The notes beneath the pieces were generated by a model. That model was given only the letters and a program-made list of their open reading frames with translations, did not search any database and was not told where the DNA came from. The position numbers and the translations under genes were made by a program. From NCBI GenBank assembly GCA_002811645.1, contig PDIP01000050.1:1-59911 (forward strand): a stretch of DNA of 59,911 nt, written 5' to 3'. Shown one piece after another: positions 43,259 through 54,253 of this stretch (positions within the stretch are counted from its first letter, which is position 1; each line of letters opens with the position of its first letter). The DNA is from Corallochytrium limacisporum Hawaii. Taxonomy: Eukaryota > Protista > Pluriformea.

Positions 43259-43574
43259 ATAGTGTTCAAATGGTCTGTTTCCGAGACGGTTTAAGTCTGT
43301 GTTTACACATACGCTGTGAAGAATGTCAGTGATCTGTCCACCAACCGTCGCATTTCCCTCCACACCACTACCGAAAACTCGCTGATGTCTTATCCCCAGG
43401 GCTGGCTTAATACTTCAAGTAGATAAAATGAGTATGGTTAAGAAGTAAATAAGGAAGCTTTCAGTTTGCACCCTAGACATCTATTCATCTCCTGCCAGAT
43501 ACCGGAAAGTTATGCTGAGCACCCCCCTCCGAGGGTTCTCCCGGCACCCCCTGCCGTACGTACGCTGCAAGGAA

Positions 43575-43586
43575 TTTGGCGCGAAA
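43575..43586. promoter_or_regulatory. Overlapping double E2F site TTTGGCGCGAAA (a further TTTGGCGC at 43891-43898)
   Basis: The reverse complement TTTCGCGCCAAA is the classical DHFR-type double E2F element; it lies about 320 nt upstream of RNASEH2B. Confidence 0.5.
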
Positions 43587-44370
43587 GCCTTAGAACGCAA
43601 GGGCGCATCCCTCCCCACCAATCCGCACAAAGTCGGCTTCAACTACACAGTGGGTATCCCCACTTCTATCCTCACTCAGGCGACAACACTTGTTTCCTCT
43701 CTGGAGGAGTCCATTTTTCTTTCCTGCCAAGTGAGCCGGCTCTCCATGTTTCGTGCCCCCGTCGCTCATCTCCCACTCCCCCCCCCCTCCGGGCCGGCGG
43801 TCCAAGTGAATCCTCCACCTCACCCACTCTGTTCGGCGGGTGGTTCTCTAACTCAAAGGCTTCGCCACCCCTCCCGTTATGTTTTGACTATTTGGCGCGC
43901 CGGGAGAACCTCAGTTGGTGTATGTTTGGCCCTCACGGCACCCAACTTCGGTGTCAGTGTCGGTGGTGTTGGATCATCCGGTAATGAAAACACGAGGGAT
44001 TCGCTCATCATTTTGCGCCATGGTGGCCCCAAATTTCTGTTTCCCTTTGGATTTTTGTTTTGTAACGTTTCGCTGCTGAGTGGTTTACTTTACGAATCGT
44101 ATCCCAAAGGAAAGGAAGCCATTCGGGTCGATGTCGAATTGTTTAGAGGAATGAGGTGGCTTAGTAGTTTGGTATTTCAATCACTTGTTTACGAGGGGGC
44201 TCGATGGACTCCTGTGATGCACATGTAAGCATATGCCCATGAAGAAACAATGGCAATGTAAAATGAACGATAGCTTCGGGATCAAGGACAAGATGATGTG
44301 AACCAAACAATTGTACCAATAGTAATCGAAGAGTTAGTATCAATTTAAAACTAAGAACACGGGGTAAGCC

Positions 44371-47300
44371 ATGGCAGATGATGCTGACAGGGCGGCAAAA
44401 TTGGCCGCAGGGAAAGCCCGGTTGAACAAATACAAGAAGAAGAAGAAGAAACCAGGGTCATCAGCACCAGCGGATGCAGTATCCGCACCAGCGAATGCAC
44501 TGACAGATGGATCCGCTGCTGGTGTTCCCGAGATCCTGCCACCTACCAATGGACAGGCAATATCGGAAGAAGAGCCGCATGTCCCCATGGCAGTACACGA
44601 CACGGTTTCCGCCTCTGAACCCGAACCGGTTGAGCAGAAATCCTACCCCACACCAGCAGATTACTTCAATGCTGCCCCACAGCAACAATCCGATGGCAGC
44701 GCGAATCCATTTTCTACCATCCAACAGAACCTACCGGCAGCAGCGCCATCCACGGAACAATCAACAGCCAGTCTCTTTGATCAGCCGCCGTCACCATCCA
44801 CTACAGCGCCGGTAGAAGTCCTGCCGCAAACAACGATCGAGCAGCAAGCGCCTGCGCCCATACCACCGATGGCGGTAGCTCCACCAATGGCAACAGCTCC
44901 ACCAATGATTGACAGTACGGCTGGATACGAAGAGGCTGAGCTGTTGCGTATGGAAAACCAGCAACTCCGGGACGATATTGAAAGCAAAGCATCGAAAATG
45001 ACCGCCCTTCTCGACTCGCTCGACGCTGAGAAGGATGCTTTGGAGGAGCAATTGCGGCGTGAGCAAGGATATCGGCAGGAGAATGATATGAAGCTGCGTG
45101 AGATGCTGGAGACATTGGAAGAGACGCGGCGAGAACACATGCAGATCAAGAGCGTCCTCGACAAGAGAGAAAGTGAGGTGAGCCTGCTCAAGGCGCAGCT
45201 GCAGAGTGTGGAACAGTCGACTGCAGCGAATAGAGGCAATCAAAGTGAAGAACTAAGCCAATTGCGCGAGGCAAAGGAAGAAGCAGAGTATCAGGTTAGT
45301 CGGATGGCTGCGGAGATTCAACGGTTGCAAGGACTAAAGCAGGAGTTATTCGACACAACTGAGGCCAAGAACGCAATCGAGAACGAAATAGCACAGCTGC
45401 GGCTGAGGATAGATGCCGCAGCCATAGCAGAGAAGTCCGTCAGGGAATTGAAACAGCAGAATGAACGTCTCATTGGACAGATCACTACACAGGATCAGAC
45501 CTCCGACGAACAGCATCGGCTCATTGTACAGCAGCTGTCCGAAGAGAAGGACCAGGCTCAACACCAGATCGCTGCCCTGGCCAGCCAGTACGAGGCCATC
45601 CAACAGTCTCTAGCGGCCGAAAAGGAAGAGAGCGAGCGCCTGCGATCGGTTCTGGAGCAACACAATAGCAGAGGCACCGGGCAGCCGGCGTACGATAATG
45701 CTATGGCCAGCAAGGACCAGACCATTGCGGACCTTACCAAGGAACTAGCGGAATCCAAGAGCCAGCTCGTGGCGCTGAGCATGGAGCTGGATGGTTACCA
45801 GGCCAGCAGCCCAGTACCGCAAACCGGCGATGAGCGAGAGATCCAGGAACTACGGATGAAGTGCGAGCAGCTAACCCACGAGAATGACACCCTCGTGCTC
45901 GAAGTGGAGCACAAGAAGCGCCAGGTAGATGCCCTACAGCAAAAGAGCGGAACCGGTGCATCCGACCGAGACATGGAAATGCAGCACTACGAGAAGCTCC
46001 TGGAGGATGAACGCACAAAGGTCAGGGAATTGAATACGAGCTTAGAGGAGATCCGCAGCCACACCATGTACGGCGATAATCAGCACGATGACGATCATGC
46101 CAGACAGAACGAACAGGTCTACCTCGAACAAATCGAAGACTTGCGGAGACAGAATGCAGAATTGCGGTCTAGCCTTGGCCAGCTTGAATTGTCCCACAAT
46201 GATTTGCGCACGCAACTCAATCTTGCGCAGGCCGCCAATAACACTACGGAGGACGTCACGGCGCTCAAAGATGAGCTGGGGCTTAAACGGCACCGCCTTG
46301 AACAGTTGGAGGAGGAAGTACGCCAACACGACCATTTGGTGGCGACCATGGGTCGAGAGGCGCAGTCGCAGATGGAGGAACTGGAGGAGCACTTCAATGC
46401 CGAAATCGCCAAGATCAAGGCGCAGCGCACCGACGAGACGGCTGCCGAAGTGGAAAAGCTGCAGAAAAACATCCGAGAGCAAGAAGAAAGTCTCATCCTA
46501 AAGAACAAGGCCATCGCCAAAATGGAATCTATTATCAGCGAGCAGAACACACGCTTGCAACACATCGACGAAAAGTTGGCCCAGGCTGTACATCAGCACG
46601 CCCTCACCGGTACGGAGAAGGATCAGCGCATCAGTGTGCTGGAGCAGGAGATACACAACTTACAGGAACTCAACGACAATTTGCGGGGCCAGGTAACGGA
46701 ACAAATCGAGCAGAACCGTGTTTTGCTGGCGGGAAGCGACTCGCTGAAACTGGAGGTGCGTTCTCTGCAAGAGAAGGGCACTGTCGCACAGACGAAACAG
46801 TCTGAGCTGGGACAGGAAAACAACACCTTGCGCGATAGAGTGGGAGAACTTGAATCACAACTCCGTGGTGACCATGCGCAGTCCGAGCAGCTGATCTCAA
46901 CGCTTCAGCAGGAGAAACAGCAGCTCAAGTCACGCGCCAAAGGTTTGCAGGAAGACCTCAGTGCCTCGATGGCTGACAAAGACGCACAGGTTGAGAGCCT
47001 ACGCAACCAGATCCGTGGCCTGCAGGATCGAGAGACACTGGTCCCGCAGCTTGAACAGGAAGTTGTGGAGTTGCGTCAAGCCGTGGCAATTGCGCAGCGT
47101 CAGGCCCTGGATGCCAACGAGCAGGTCTCCACGACCAGTGTCATTGCAGACAATGAGCACAACCGGCTGGAGCAAGATGTCCAAACCCTTAGGGCGCAGA
47201 TACAAAATCTCGAAGCGAACTACAAGGACTCTACTGCCGAAGTGAAGGTAAGAGAAGGCGTCATTTATGGACTTGAGGGCACGGTGGCGATCCTCCGCGA

Positions 47301-49143
47301 GGAGAGAGACCAAGAAAAGGACGCAGCCGGCAAACTCCGACACGAGGTTGATTCTCTGCGTCGCATAAATAATGCTCTCAAAGCCGCCGGTGACCCGCAC
47401 CAGCAGCATAGCAAGCAAGAACAGGAGCACATGGTCGATGCGGGTGTGCAGCGGAACGGGACCCCGGAGTTTGGCAACCGTCAGCACATTCTAGCGCTCG
47501 AGGAGGAGTTGGGCCAGAGTCGGCTGGAGACAGAGTCCATGCGAGACCGCATAGCGGGCGTTCAGGCGGATGCAGAAAAGTACCGCTCCCAGGCGACAGA
47601 ATTCCGTGAGCGGATCGAAGAGCTGGAACGGCAACTGGCCTCCTCGGCCGTGCTCCAACACTCTAGCGAAAGGGAACGCCAGCTCGGTGAGAAATTTGTA
47701 GCTCTCGAGTCAGAGAACCAGGAAATGAGCCAACAATTAGTGCAGCTCAGCAAGGAGAACGATGCGCTGCGCCAGTCAAACAGCTCTGCAGCTGCACCAC
47801 CAGCACCAGCCATTCCTCCAACCGCAGAAGCTGTGCTCGTCGAAGTTGACTACGATGATGGTAAGGGATTGCACCGCTTCACGGTCCAGGAGGCCGCCAA
47901 CCAGCTTCGGAACTTGCATCTTGAGCACACCATGGCCCATAACAGACTCCGCATTCTGAAGGAAGAGCAGGAAGCATTGAGAGAGCACATGATGCACTCT
48001 GCCCTTGAACACAGTGGTGACAGTGAACTGTTGAATGAGTCTGGGGTAGACCGATCCAGTACCACTGACACTATGCACCAGGACCCCCACAGCCTCTTCC
48101 TGCACCTCAAGCGCAGTTATGAGGAGAACAAAGAGATCATCATTAGTTCGGGACGCATTGCCATGAGGATGTATTCCCAGCTGTTGAGTGCGTTAAGCCA
48201 TGGTAGCAATGTAACAGTGCCACCACATCTCGAGTTGACGGACTCTGATGGCCTCTTTGAGCTCATGCGGAAAAGCCAGGGCCTCATAGAACCTTTCTTA
48301 AGCGTCCTCCGACAGCACAAGTCAAGTTCGGGGATGGTATCTTCTTTCAGTGTCACATCAAAGTCTTCGGGAGGCGCCGATTCTCTGCGCGACCCTACTA
48401 TCGGACGCTTGTCAGCTCTTCTCCGCGACCAGGAATTTGCTGTGCAGCAGATCCGGCAAAAACTCGCAACGGTTCAGCAAAAGTACGATGATCTGCTGTT
48501 GCAAAATGCTCGTTTCTCTGGATCGAGCCCCGCTGGCCTGAAACCTCCCAAACAACCCCAGACGCCAACACAGGCGCAAACTGCAGCCAGCCTCAGTCGC
48601 AATTCTGCCACCGCCGATGTTACCGCTGGAACGCTTCAACAGCAGCCGTCCAATGCAGGGGCCAGTAACTTTCCGAGCAACGGCTCAACTCCAATAGCTA
48701 CGCGTTTCGCAGAAGCGGGTGGTATGACTTCGTCCGCAACGATGGCCATGGCGGCGGTACGGGCCTACGATGCCAATCGCCCGCACTACAGCAGCCGGGC
48801 AACTTCCGCCTATGGCCACGCTGCGGGAGCGGATGATACAAACGACACACTCGGAGCAGGCACCAGCCCGGACATGAAGTCAATGCCCCGTCTTGGGGAC
48901 GTCCCCCTGCACGCGACCGTATACCTCCGCGACGGACGCGCTGGTTCGGTGCGCTACGTCGGCCGCACGGACTTTGCGCCGGGGTTGTGGTTCGGTCTCG
49001 AATTATTCAGCAGGGATGGCCGCAATGACGGCGAGGTCCAGGGACGGCGCTATTTCCACTGTCGCCCGGGATATGGGTTGTTCGTGAAACGGTCGAGCAT
49101 CAATTCTGTTTACCCCTCGACGTCTCCGACAGTAAAATATTGA
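44371..49143 (+). CDS. Large coiled-coil protein with a golgin/AKAP9-like basic N-terminal motif and a C-terminal CAP-Gly domain, 1590 aa
   Basis: RAAKLAAGKARLNKYKKKKKK, about 1100 aa of coiled coil, and CAP-Gly GSVRYVGRTDFAPGLWFGLELFSRDGRNDGEVQGRRYFHCRPGYGLFV (~48901-49100). Confidence 0.88.
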   Translation: MADDADRAAKLAAGKARLNKYKKKKKKPGSSAPADAVSAPANALTDGSAAGVPEILPPTNGQAISEEEPHVPMAVHDTVSASEPEPVEQKSYPTPADYFNAAPQQQSDGSANPFSTIQQNLPAAAPSTEQSTASLFDQPPSPSTTAPVEVLPQTTIEQQAPAPIPPMAVAPPMATAPPMIDSTAGYEEAELLRMENQQLRDDIESKASKMTALLDSLDAEKDALEEQLRREQGYRQENDMKLREMLETLEETRREHMQIKSVLDKRESEVSLLKAQLQSVEQSTAANRGNQSEELSQLREAKEEAEYQVSRMAAEIQRLQGLKQELFDTTEAKNAIENEIAQLRLRIDAAAIAEKSVRELKQQNERLIGQITTQDQTSDEQHRLIVQQLSEEKDQAQHQIAALASQYEAIQQSLAAEKEESERLRSVLEQHNSRGTGQPAYDNAMASKDQTIADLTKELAESKSQLVALSMELDGYQASSPVPQTGDEREIQELRMKCEQLTHENDTLVLEVEHKKRQVDALQQKSGTGASDRDMEMQHYEKLLEDERTKVRELNTSLEEIRSHTMYGDNQHDDDHARQNEQVYLEQIEDLRRQNAELRSSLGQLELSHNDLRTQLNLAQAANNTTEDVTALKDELGLKRHRLEQLEEEVRQHDHLVATMGREAQSQMEELEEHFNAEIAKIKAQRTDETAAEVEKLQKNIREQEESLILKNKAIAKMESIISEQNTRLQHIDEKLAQAVHQHALTGTEKDQRISVLEQEIHNLQELNDNLRGQVTEQIEQNRVLLAGSDSLKLEVRSLQEKGTVAQTKQSELGQENNTLRDRVGELESQLRGDHAQSEQLISTLQQEKQQLKSRAKGLQEDLSASMADKDAQVESLRNQIRGLQDRETLVPQLEQEVVELRQAVAIAQRQALDANEQVSTTSVIADNEHNRLEQDVQTLRAQIQNLEANYKDSTAEVKVREGVIYGLEGTVAILREERDQEKDAAGKLRHEVDSLRRINNALKAAGDPHQQHSKQEQEHMVDAGVQRNGTPEFGNRQHILALEEELGQSRLETESMRDRIAGVQADAEKYRSQATEFRERIEELERQLASSAVLQHSSERERQLGEKFVALESENQEMSQQLVQLSKENDALRQSNSSAAAPPAPAIPPTAEAVLVEVDYDDGKGLHRFTVQEAANQLRNLHLEHTMAHNRLRILKEEQEALREHMMHSALEHSGDSELLNESGVDRSSTTDTMHQDPHSLFLHLKRSYEENKEIIISSGRIAMRMYSQLLSALSHGSNVTVPPHLELTDSDGLFELMRKSQGLIEPFLSVLRQHKSSSGMVSSFSVTSKSSGGADSLRDPTIGRLSALLRDQEFAVQQIRQKLATVQQKYDDLLLQNARFSGSSPAGLKPPKQPQTPTQAQTAASLSRNSATADVTAGTLQQQPSNAGASNFPSNGSTPIATRFAEAGGMTSSATMAMAAVRAYDANRPHYSSRATSAYGHAAGADDTNDTLGAGTSPDMKSMPRLGDVPLHATVYLRDGRAGSVRYVGRTDFAPGLWFGLELFSRDGRNDGEVQGRRYFHCRPGYGLFVKRSSINSVYPSTSPTVKY

Positions 49144-49338
49144 AGAACGGAAGTGAAGGAGTCAAAGTGAGAAATAGAGGAATTCAGGTTAAAATGAGCT
49201 ACCACATTCATTTTCTTTTCGCGGGAGTTTGGACATGAATGCTTTTCTATTTCTACATGACAACGCCGGTGAAACACAAGGGAAATTATCACAATGAAAT
49301 GATTGTATCGCACATCGGTAGCGCAATTCCCTTCTACT

Positions 49339-50139
49339 CTAGAAAAGGCGAAAACGACGGAAAAGCGAGATCATCGCAAGACCGAGGATGATGACAACAG
49401 TGAAACCAATCAGTACCCTACCGCGCTTCCAGAGGATGTACAAACAGACACTGAGAAAGAAAGTAGTGGCCAGACCCAGCAAGACGCGGTCTGTAAATTC
49501 TCGTCTCCTGAACCTATCAATGACATCCTTTGACTGCGCCGTGGTCTGTGTAAAATTGAGCATCTCATCGTATGTGTCGTTCAGTGTCTTGCTACTCTCC
49601 CCGAGCAGTTGGGTGGTCTGTGAACTCTGCTGCACTTGTGCGGCCAGTACGCGACTGGATTCCTGCAGCTGGCGTGTGATCCGATGCGTCTCGTCCAGCA
49701 TTGACGTTTGTTTAATTCGCTGCCTGACCGCAGCTGCATCTGACTTAGGACCTCTTTTGCGGTAGTCCCCGAGCAAGTGCGCCTTATCGACTTCGGCCTG
49801 TCTGCTAATTGCAGTGTACACGACCTTGGCCGCGGCCTGACTGTTCCGCTTTAGAGCACACAGGTTCTGTTCGTGCTCTTCGACTCGCATACCAACATTG
49901 TGGACCTGAGAGGGATCGCTGACTGCATGCTTTGCACCAGCAAAATCCGCGATCATGCCCTCCATGTTTTGAAATTCGCGCCCGAGACTGCGTTGGTTAC
50001 GCTGCAGGTCGAGGATGTTGTGTACCGAAGTTTTCATTGCGTCAATCTTTTCGCTGATAAAGAGGCCTTGCTGCATGATCTTCGAGTCCAGTGACCGAAC
50101 CTGGACTGGCAGTGTATCTGATTTGATTTTATACACCAT
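49339..50139 (-). CDS. BNIP1: ER SNARE Sec20/BNIP1
   Basis: Sec20 domain ITRQLQESSRVLAAQVQQS..TTQLLGESSKTL...RREFTDRVLLGLATTFFLSVCLYILWKR with a C-terminal TM region. Confidence 0.88.
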   Translation of the reverse strand: MVYKIKSDTLPVQVRSLDSKIMQQGLFISEKIDAMKTSVHNILDLQRNQRSLGREFQNMEGMIADFAGAKHAVSDPSQVHNVGMRVEEHEQNLCALKRNSQAAAKVVYTAISRQAEVDKAHLLGDYRKRGPKSDAAAVRQRIKQTSMLDETHRITRQLQESSRVLAAQVQQSSQTTQLLGESSKTLNDTYDEMLNFTQTTAQSKDVIDRFRRREFTDRVLLGLATTFFLSVCLYILWKRGRVLIGFTVVIILGLAMISLFRRFRLF

Positions 50140-52509
50140 AGTCCTTGTTCGAGGTATTCGCTGTGCTACTATGGGTCTTACACTATTGGATCTATGTTTC
50201 CGGGCGCTCCTGCGCTCTCACACGTTGGCCCTTTCACAAAATTCTTGCCTTCGATTAGCGTACCATAGTAAGGGAATACTCCGCATGTTCAATTGTCGTT
50301 GTCACTATGGAACATAAGGAATGGCTTGTGACTACTGAATTTGCTCTGCCTTGAATGCAGAAGTACCAAAAGGACGTACACTAAGAACACCAGAGCATCC
50401 GAGGTAAAGGTAAGGTACTGCCAAAAGCTCGCAGCCAATGGGACGGTGAAAATAGACTCCCGAATTTTGGGTCAGTTGTCCCCTCGGGACTACTCTTCTG
50501 CCGGATGGAGCAACGAACACAATAGCGGATCCGTGGGCTCGCTACGCGGCGCAACCAAGACCTGACGAAGGAGGCAACACAGCAGTCGACTGATGATGTC
50601 GTGGCTCATCTGGGTCAGAATGATGGCTGTCTGATACAGTTGACGTTGTTGTGATGTCATTCTGTTTGGGATATCGGCGATGGATTTGTACTTTGGAGCC
50701 ATCCTCAAGAGCTCGAGGGTCTTCATCCCGAGCAGACCGTGAATGCTTCAGCATGCCACAGGGGTAAACGCAGGGACTGATCAAATGAAGAGTGATATAA
50801 TCTCCCTGACGATAAATGTTTTGTGTTGCTTCACCACGTTTGGAGACGTTGATCAGCAATTGCTTCTATATCCGGTCTCAGCTTTTGGACCCTCGTTCTA
50901 TTTGCACGCTCGTCAGAACCAACTTCGTCCCGGATGCCGTATCATACATGGACTATGTACATGTAGTCCTCGTGGACTGTGTATGCGCATATCCATTGTG
51001 TTCATACGATCCTGATGCTCATGTCAAGTGCCGAGGCAGCGCGGACCGACAGTTTGAGTCGGATGTTGGGAAACGGATATGCCTCTTGTCCGTACGTATC
51101 GCTTCCCCCGCCCTCCTCCCCTGGTGCCTTTATCCGTACTCCAGCCACAGTGTAAAAGACATTGCGGCGCTTCATTTTTTTTTTCAAACAGTGCCGCCCA
51201 AACTGCACTGAGGTCCCCCTCCCCCCTTTCTCCTTTGTCCGTTTCAGTTCCCCGGAGTTGGCAAGTCTGGCCTGGTACTAATTCTTCCTTCCCAAGAACG
51301 CGTGTTTTCGTTTTTTCTTCCGCTTTCTGCGGGTTTGGTGCCGCGGGTGGGCCATGTATGTATGGCCCCACAATTGAGCAAACGCAATGGCAACGAGCGT
51401 AGATCTCTACTATAGAATGTGTACCGGACAAAGGTCCGTCCCAGTCCCCTCTACCCGGCCCCGTGCCTTCGAATACAATTTCTCGCAATCGGCGGGGTAA
51501 CCCGTTTAAAGCTCCATTTAAATAGGCCCCCTTATACATTCTACTTCTTTCTTTGGTACAAGGTGAGCCAAAAGAAAAAAAAACATGGGCCCTTGCTTCT
51601 TGTCCACGAGCCAAGCATATGCATTTTTTTTTTCTTCGTTCCCGTCCGTCCCCTTCGGAACAAAACACCCCCCCCCCCCCACCAGGAAGAGATTTCTGAA
51701 CGTAACTCCGGAGGGGGTGGAGAGTAGCTTGGAACGCCCGTCATCACCTGCGGAGGGATGTGTCTTAGCTTGTGCTGTAGTTCCTCGTTTCGTTCTGCTT
51801 CGCATCGTGTAACCTCAGTCTTCAAGAGGGTAAATGAACACTTGCGCCTGCAAGATTCGATGAAAACTTGGCCTGTGGTTGTTGCGCAGGCTGGGCACGG
51901 CACCCAAAGATTGTCTCGAGCAAGCCCGCCACCACCGGTTAACATTTTTCGGCGTTACGCGCGTCCTAATATTATACCGATTCTTTATAACATCAAAAAA
52001 TAGAATATAAAAATTCAAATAAAAATATACGGATATTGTTTAAATATAGTCCACTCCGGGCTGAGGAAACAAGGAGTGTGCAAACCTTGGCCCCCCCCCT
52101 CCCTCCACCCTCACGTCCCTTCTCCCCCCCCTCCCCCGGGGGTTCGACCCCTGGCTCTTGCGCCGGCCTGTGAGTGACTGTGGTGTTCTGGGGTTTCCCT
52201 CTTCTGTGCCCGTCAGCAGTGCAGTGCAAGCCAAGGAAACCATCGCCGCCCATATTCCCTTAAGATAGCACACTTGGTGAAACGGAACCCAACAGTCGCT
52301 TTACCTCAGTAGACTCAAATGAGCGAAAACAACTAACGGGGTGGCGCAAAACCGGGGGAAGGGTAGTCATCAACAATAAGGCAATTGGAAAACTATAAAA
52401 AACGAGGGCGTGACTAAAGGTTCTCCTCGTAAGCTGCTTTCACCTGCTGCTGGCGGTGGTTTTTTTTTCTTTTGTTCTCCTTCTGTTTGAGAGTGAACAA
52501 CGGACGAGC

Positions 52510-52512
<3 letters not shown>

Positions 52513-52562
<50 letters not shown>

Positions 52563-52704
52563 GANNNNNNNNNNNNNNNNNNNNNNNNNNNNNNNNNNNN
52601 NNNNNNNNNNNNNNNNNNNNNNNNNNNNNNNNNNNNNNNNNNNNNNNNNNNNNNNNNNNNNNNNNNNNNNNNNNNNNNNNNNNNNNNNNNNNNNNNNNNN
52701 NNNN

Positions 52705-52752
<48 letters not shown>
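52513..52752 (+). repeat. (GA)n microsatellite interrupted by an assembly gap (140 N, 52565-52704)
   Basis: GA repeats on both sides of the N-run; the true length is unknown. Confidence 0.95.
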
Positions 52753-52756
<4 letters not shown>

Positions 52757-54002
52757 CGCCAACCGGGCGGGAGGTCTCGTGTTTTGGTACAGGTTCTTGC
52801 CGCGTCATGAATTCTTACACCATCAGCCCAGCGAGCAAGACGGGAGGGTCCTTGGGCCCGGGAGACCGGAAATGGCGTCAAAGGCGGGAATTGTCCCCCG
52901 TTGCTGTCTCTTGTGTGTACTCTTCGTCCCTGCTGCGCGCTCCGACACATTCTTGCCTTTGGATAGAATACCTCCTGCGAATGAACTGCCTGCGGACGGA
53001 CAAAATATTTTCGGATCGATCATTTTTCTTCCAATGTTCACGAACGGACAAACACAGGGAGAAAGCAAGAAATGTGAATGTTAGAACAAATCGAATACGT
53101 CAGGCATAGGGAGACGCGGGTGTGAAACTCCCCTTTTCCTGCTCCCCCCGGGAGGGAAGGGGGAGTGGGCGGAGCTGGGCAGTCACTCAGGACGCAGGGA
53201 GAGGAAAGAAAGAAAAGCACAAAAAAACTTAAGAACGAGCGCAGTTTGTGTACCGGACGAGAGAAGGACCTAAAAGTGACACCCTTGCAAAAACCTTGAT
53301 TGCAGGCGATGCTGTTGGGTGTATTCTGGTGTATTTCTCCGTCCGGCCCTGTATTATTTTTTGGTCGGGCCTTGCCGTAGTACGCGCTCCCCACCCCACT
53401 CTGAACACCCCCACCTAACCCCAGAGGGGGGGGTTGTGTTCTGTTTGGTATTTGATTTTTTTTTTTGGGTTCTAGTACTCTAGTACTCCCGCGAGAGATG
53501 GAGGCGTGGTTGGGTGGACCAGCCCGGTATTTCTCATTCTCTCAGTGTTTTTTTTTGTCTCCAGCAAAGGACAGACTCGGGGGCCGCCGTAGCATGCGTA
53601 CTACCGTTTCCTCTTCGTTCATTTTCCCTTGTCCTTTTTGTTTCTCCTCTCTCCTCCCCCCCCCAACCCCCACCCCCCGTTATAGTTTTTTCATTCCCTC
53701 TTTTCTGTTTGCTTCTCTGTTTCCCTCACCAAGCTGCCGCTACTGGGGTCCGGTCTCGATGGTTATCGTCGTATCCCCCGTTGGCATTGGGTTGGTGTTC
53801 TGGGCTGCAAGAAAATATGTATTCCCTTCATGTCTGAAGATAACGGAACTGTGTTCGGGTGCTGTTGTGTTCGCGTACTGTTCTTTTTGGACAAGTTCCC
53901 AAGTTTGTCCCTGCAAGCTGAATACGGTTTACTGGGGAGCGTGGTGGATCTTTGAGGACCGTTGGATAATGTGATACTTAAGGGTCCTTGAGCAATCATT
54001 AG

Positions 54003-54210
54003 GTAAGAATGGGTAGGAGACCCGTTAACTTAAACCGTTTTCATCGTACCCGTGCATACCTAAGGAAACTGTCGTGGAATGACCAAAGCGGCGGTGGCAC
54101 GGATCCATTTTGAGAAAAAAAGAGTAACGAATACCCCGGGAACGGGAGAACAAGCATCAGAGTCGCAAAGAAGCAATCATTTAAGGCTATCACTCTGACT
54201 CATTTTGTAG
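54003..54210 (+). other. Probable 5'-UTR intron (208 nt) of the bHLH-PAS gene
   Basis: AG|GTAAGA donor at 54003; CTCTGAC branch-like element followed by TCATTTTGTAG| acceptor ending at 54210, 43 nt before the ATG. Confidence 0.6.
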
Positions 54211-54253
54211 GACCAGACCACCAACACACACCGACAAAATCACCTGAGCAACC

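Noticed and set aside
43466-44228. 172- and 238-aa ORFs in the RNASEH2B/CAP-Gly spacer (similarly 51024-51668, 53465-53974, 56170-56880)
   Set aside because: Low-complexity translations of homopolymer-rich promoter DNA that lacks stops by composition.
50588-50640. TGATGA...CAGA...ATGATGG...CTGA C/D-like boxes
   Set aside because: Only about 45 nt from C to D, a 4-nt D guide and no recognisable rRNA complement.
52130-52160. GGTTCGA tRNA T-loop-like motif
   Set aside because: No D arm, anticodon arm or acceptor stem; it is part of a C/G tract.
52370-52950. SLSLSL/RERERE ORFs
   Set aside because: Artefacts of the (GA)n repeat and the N gap.
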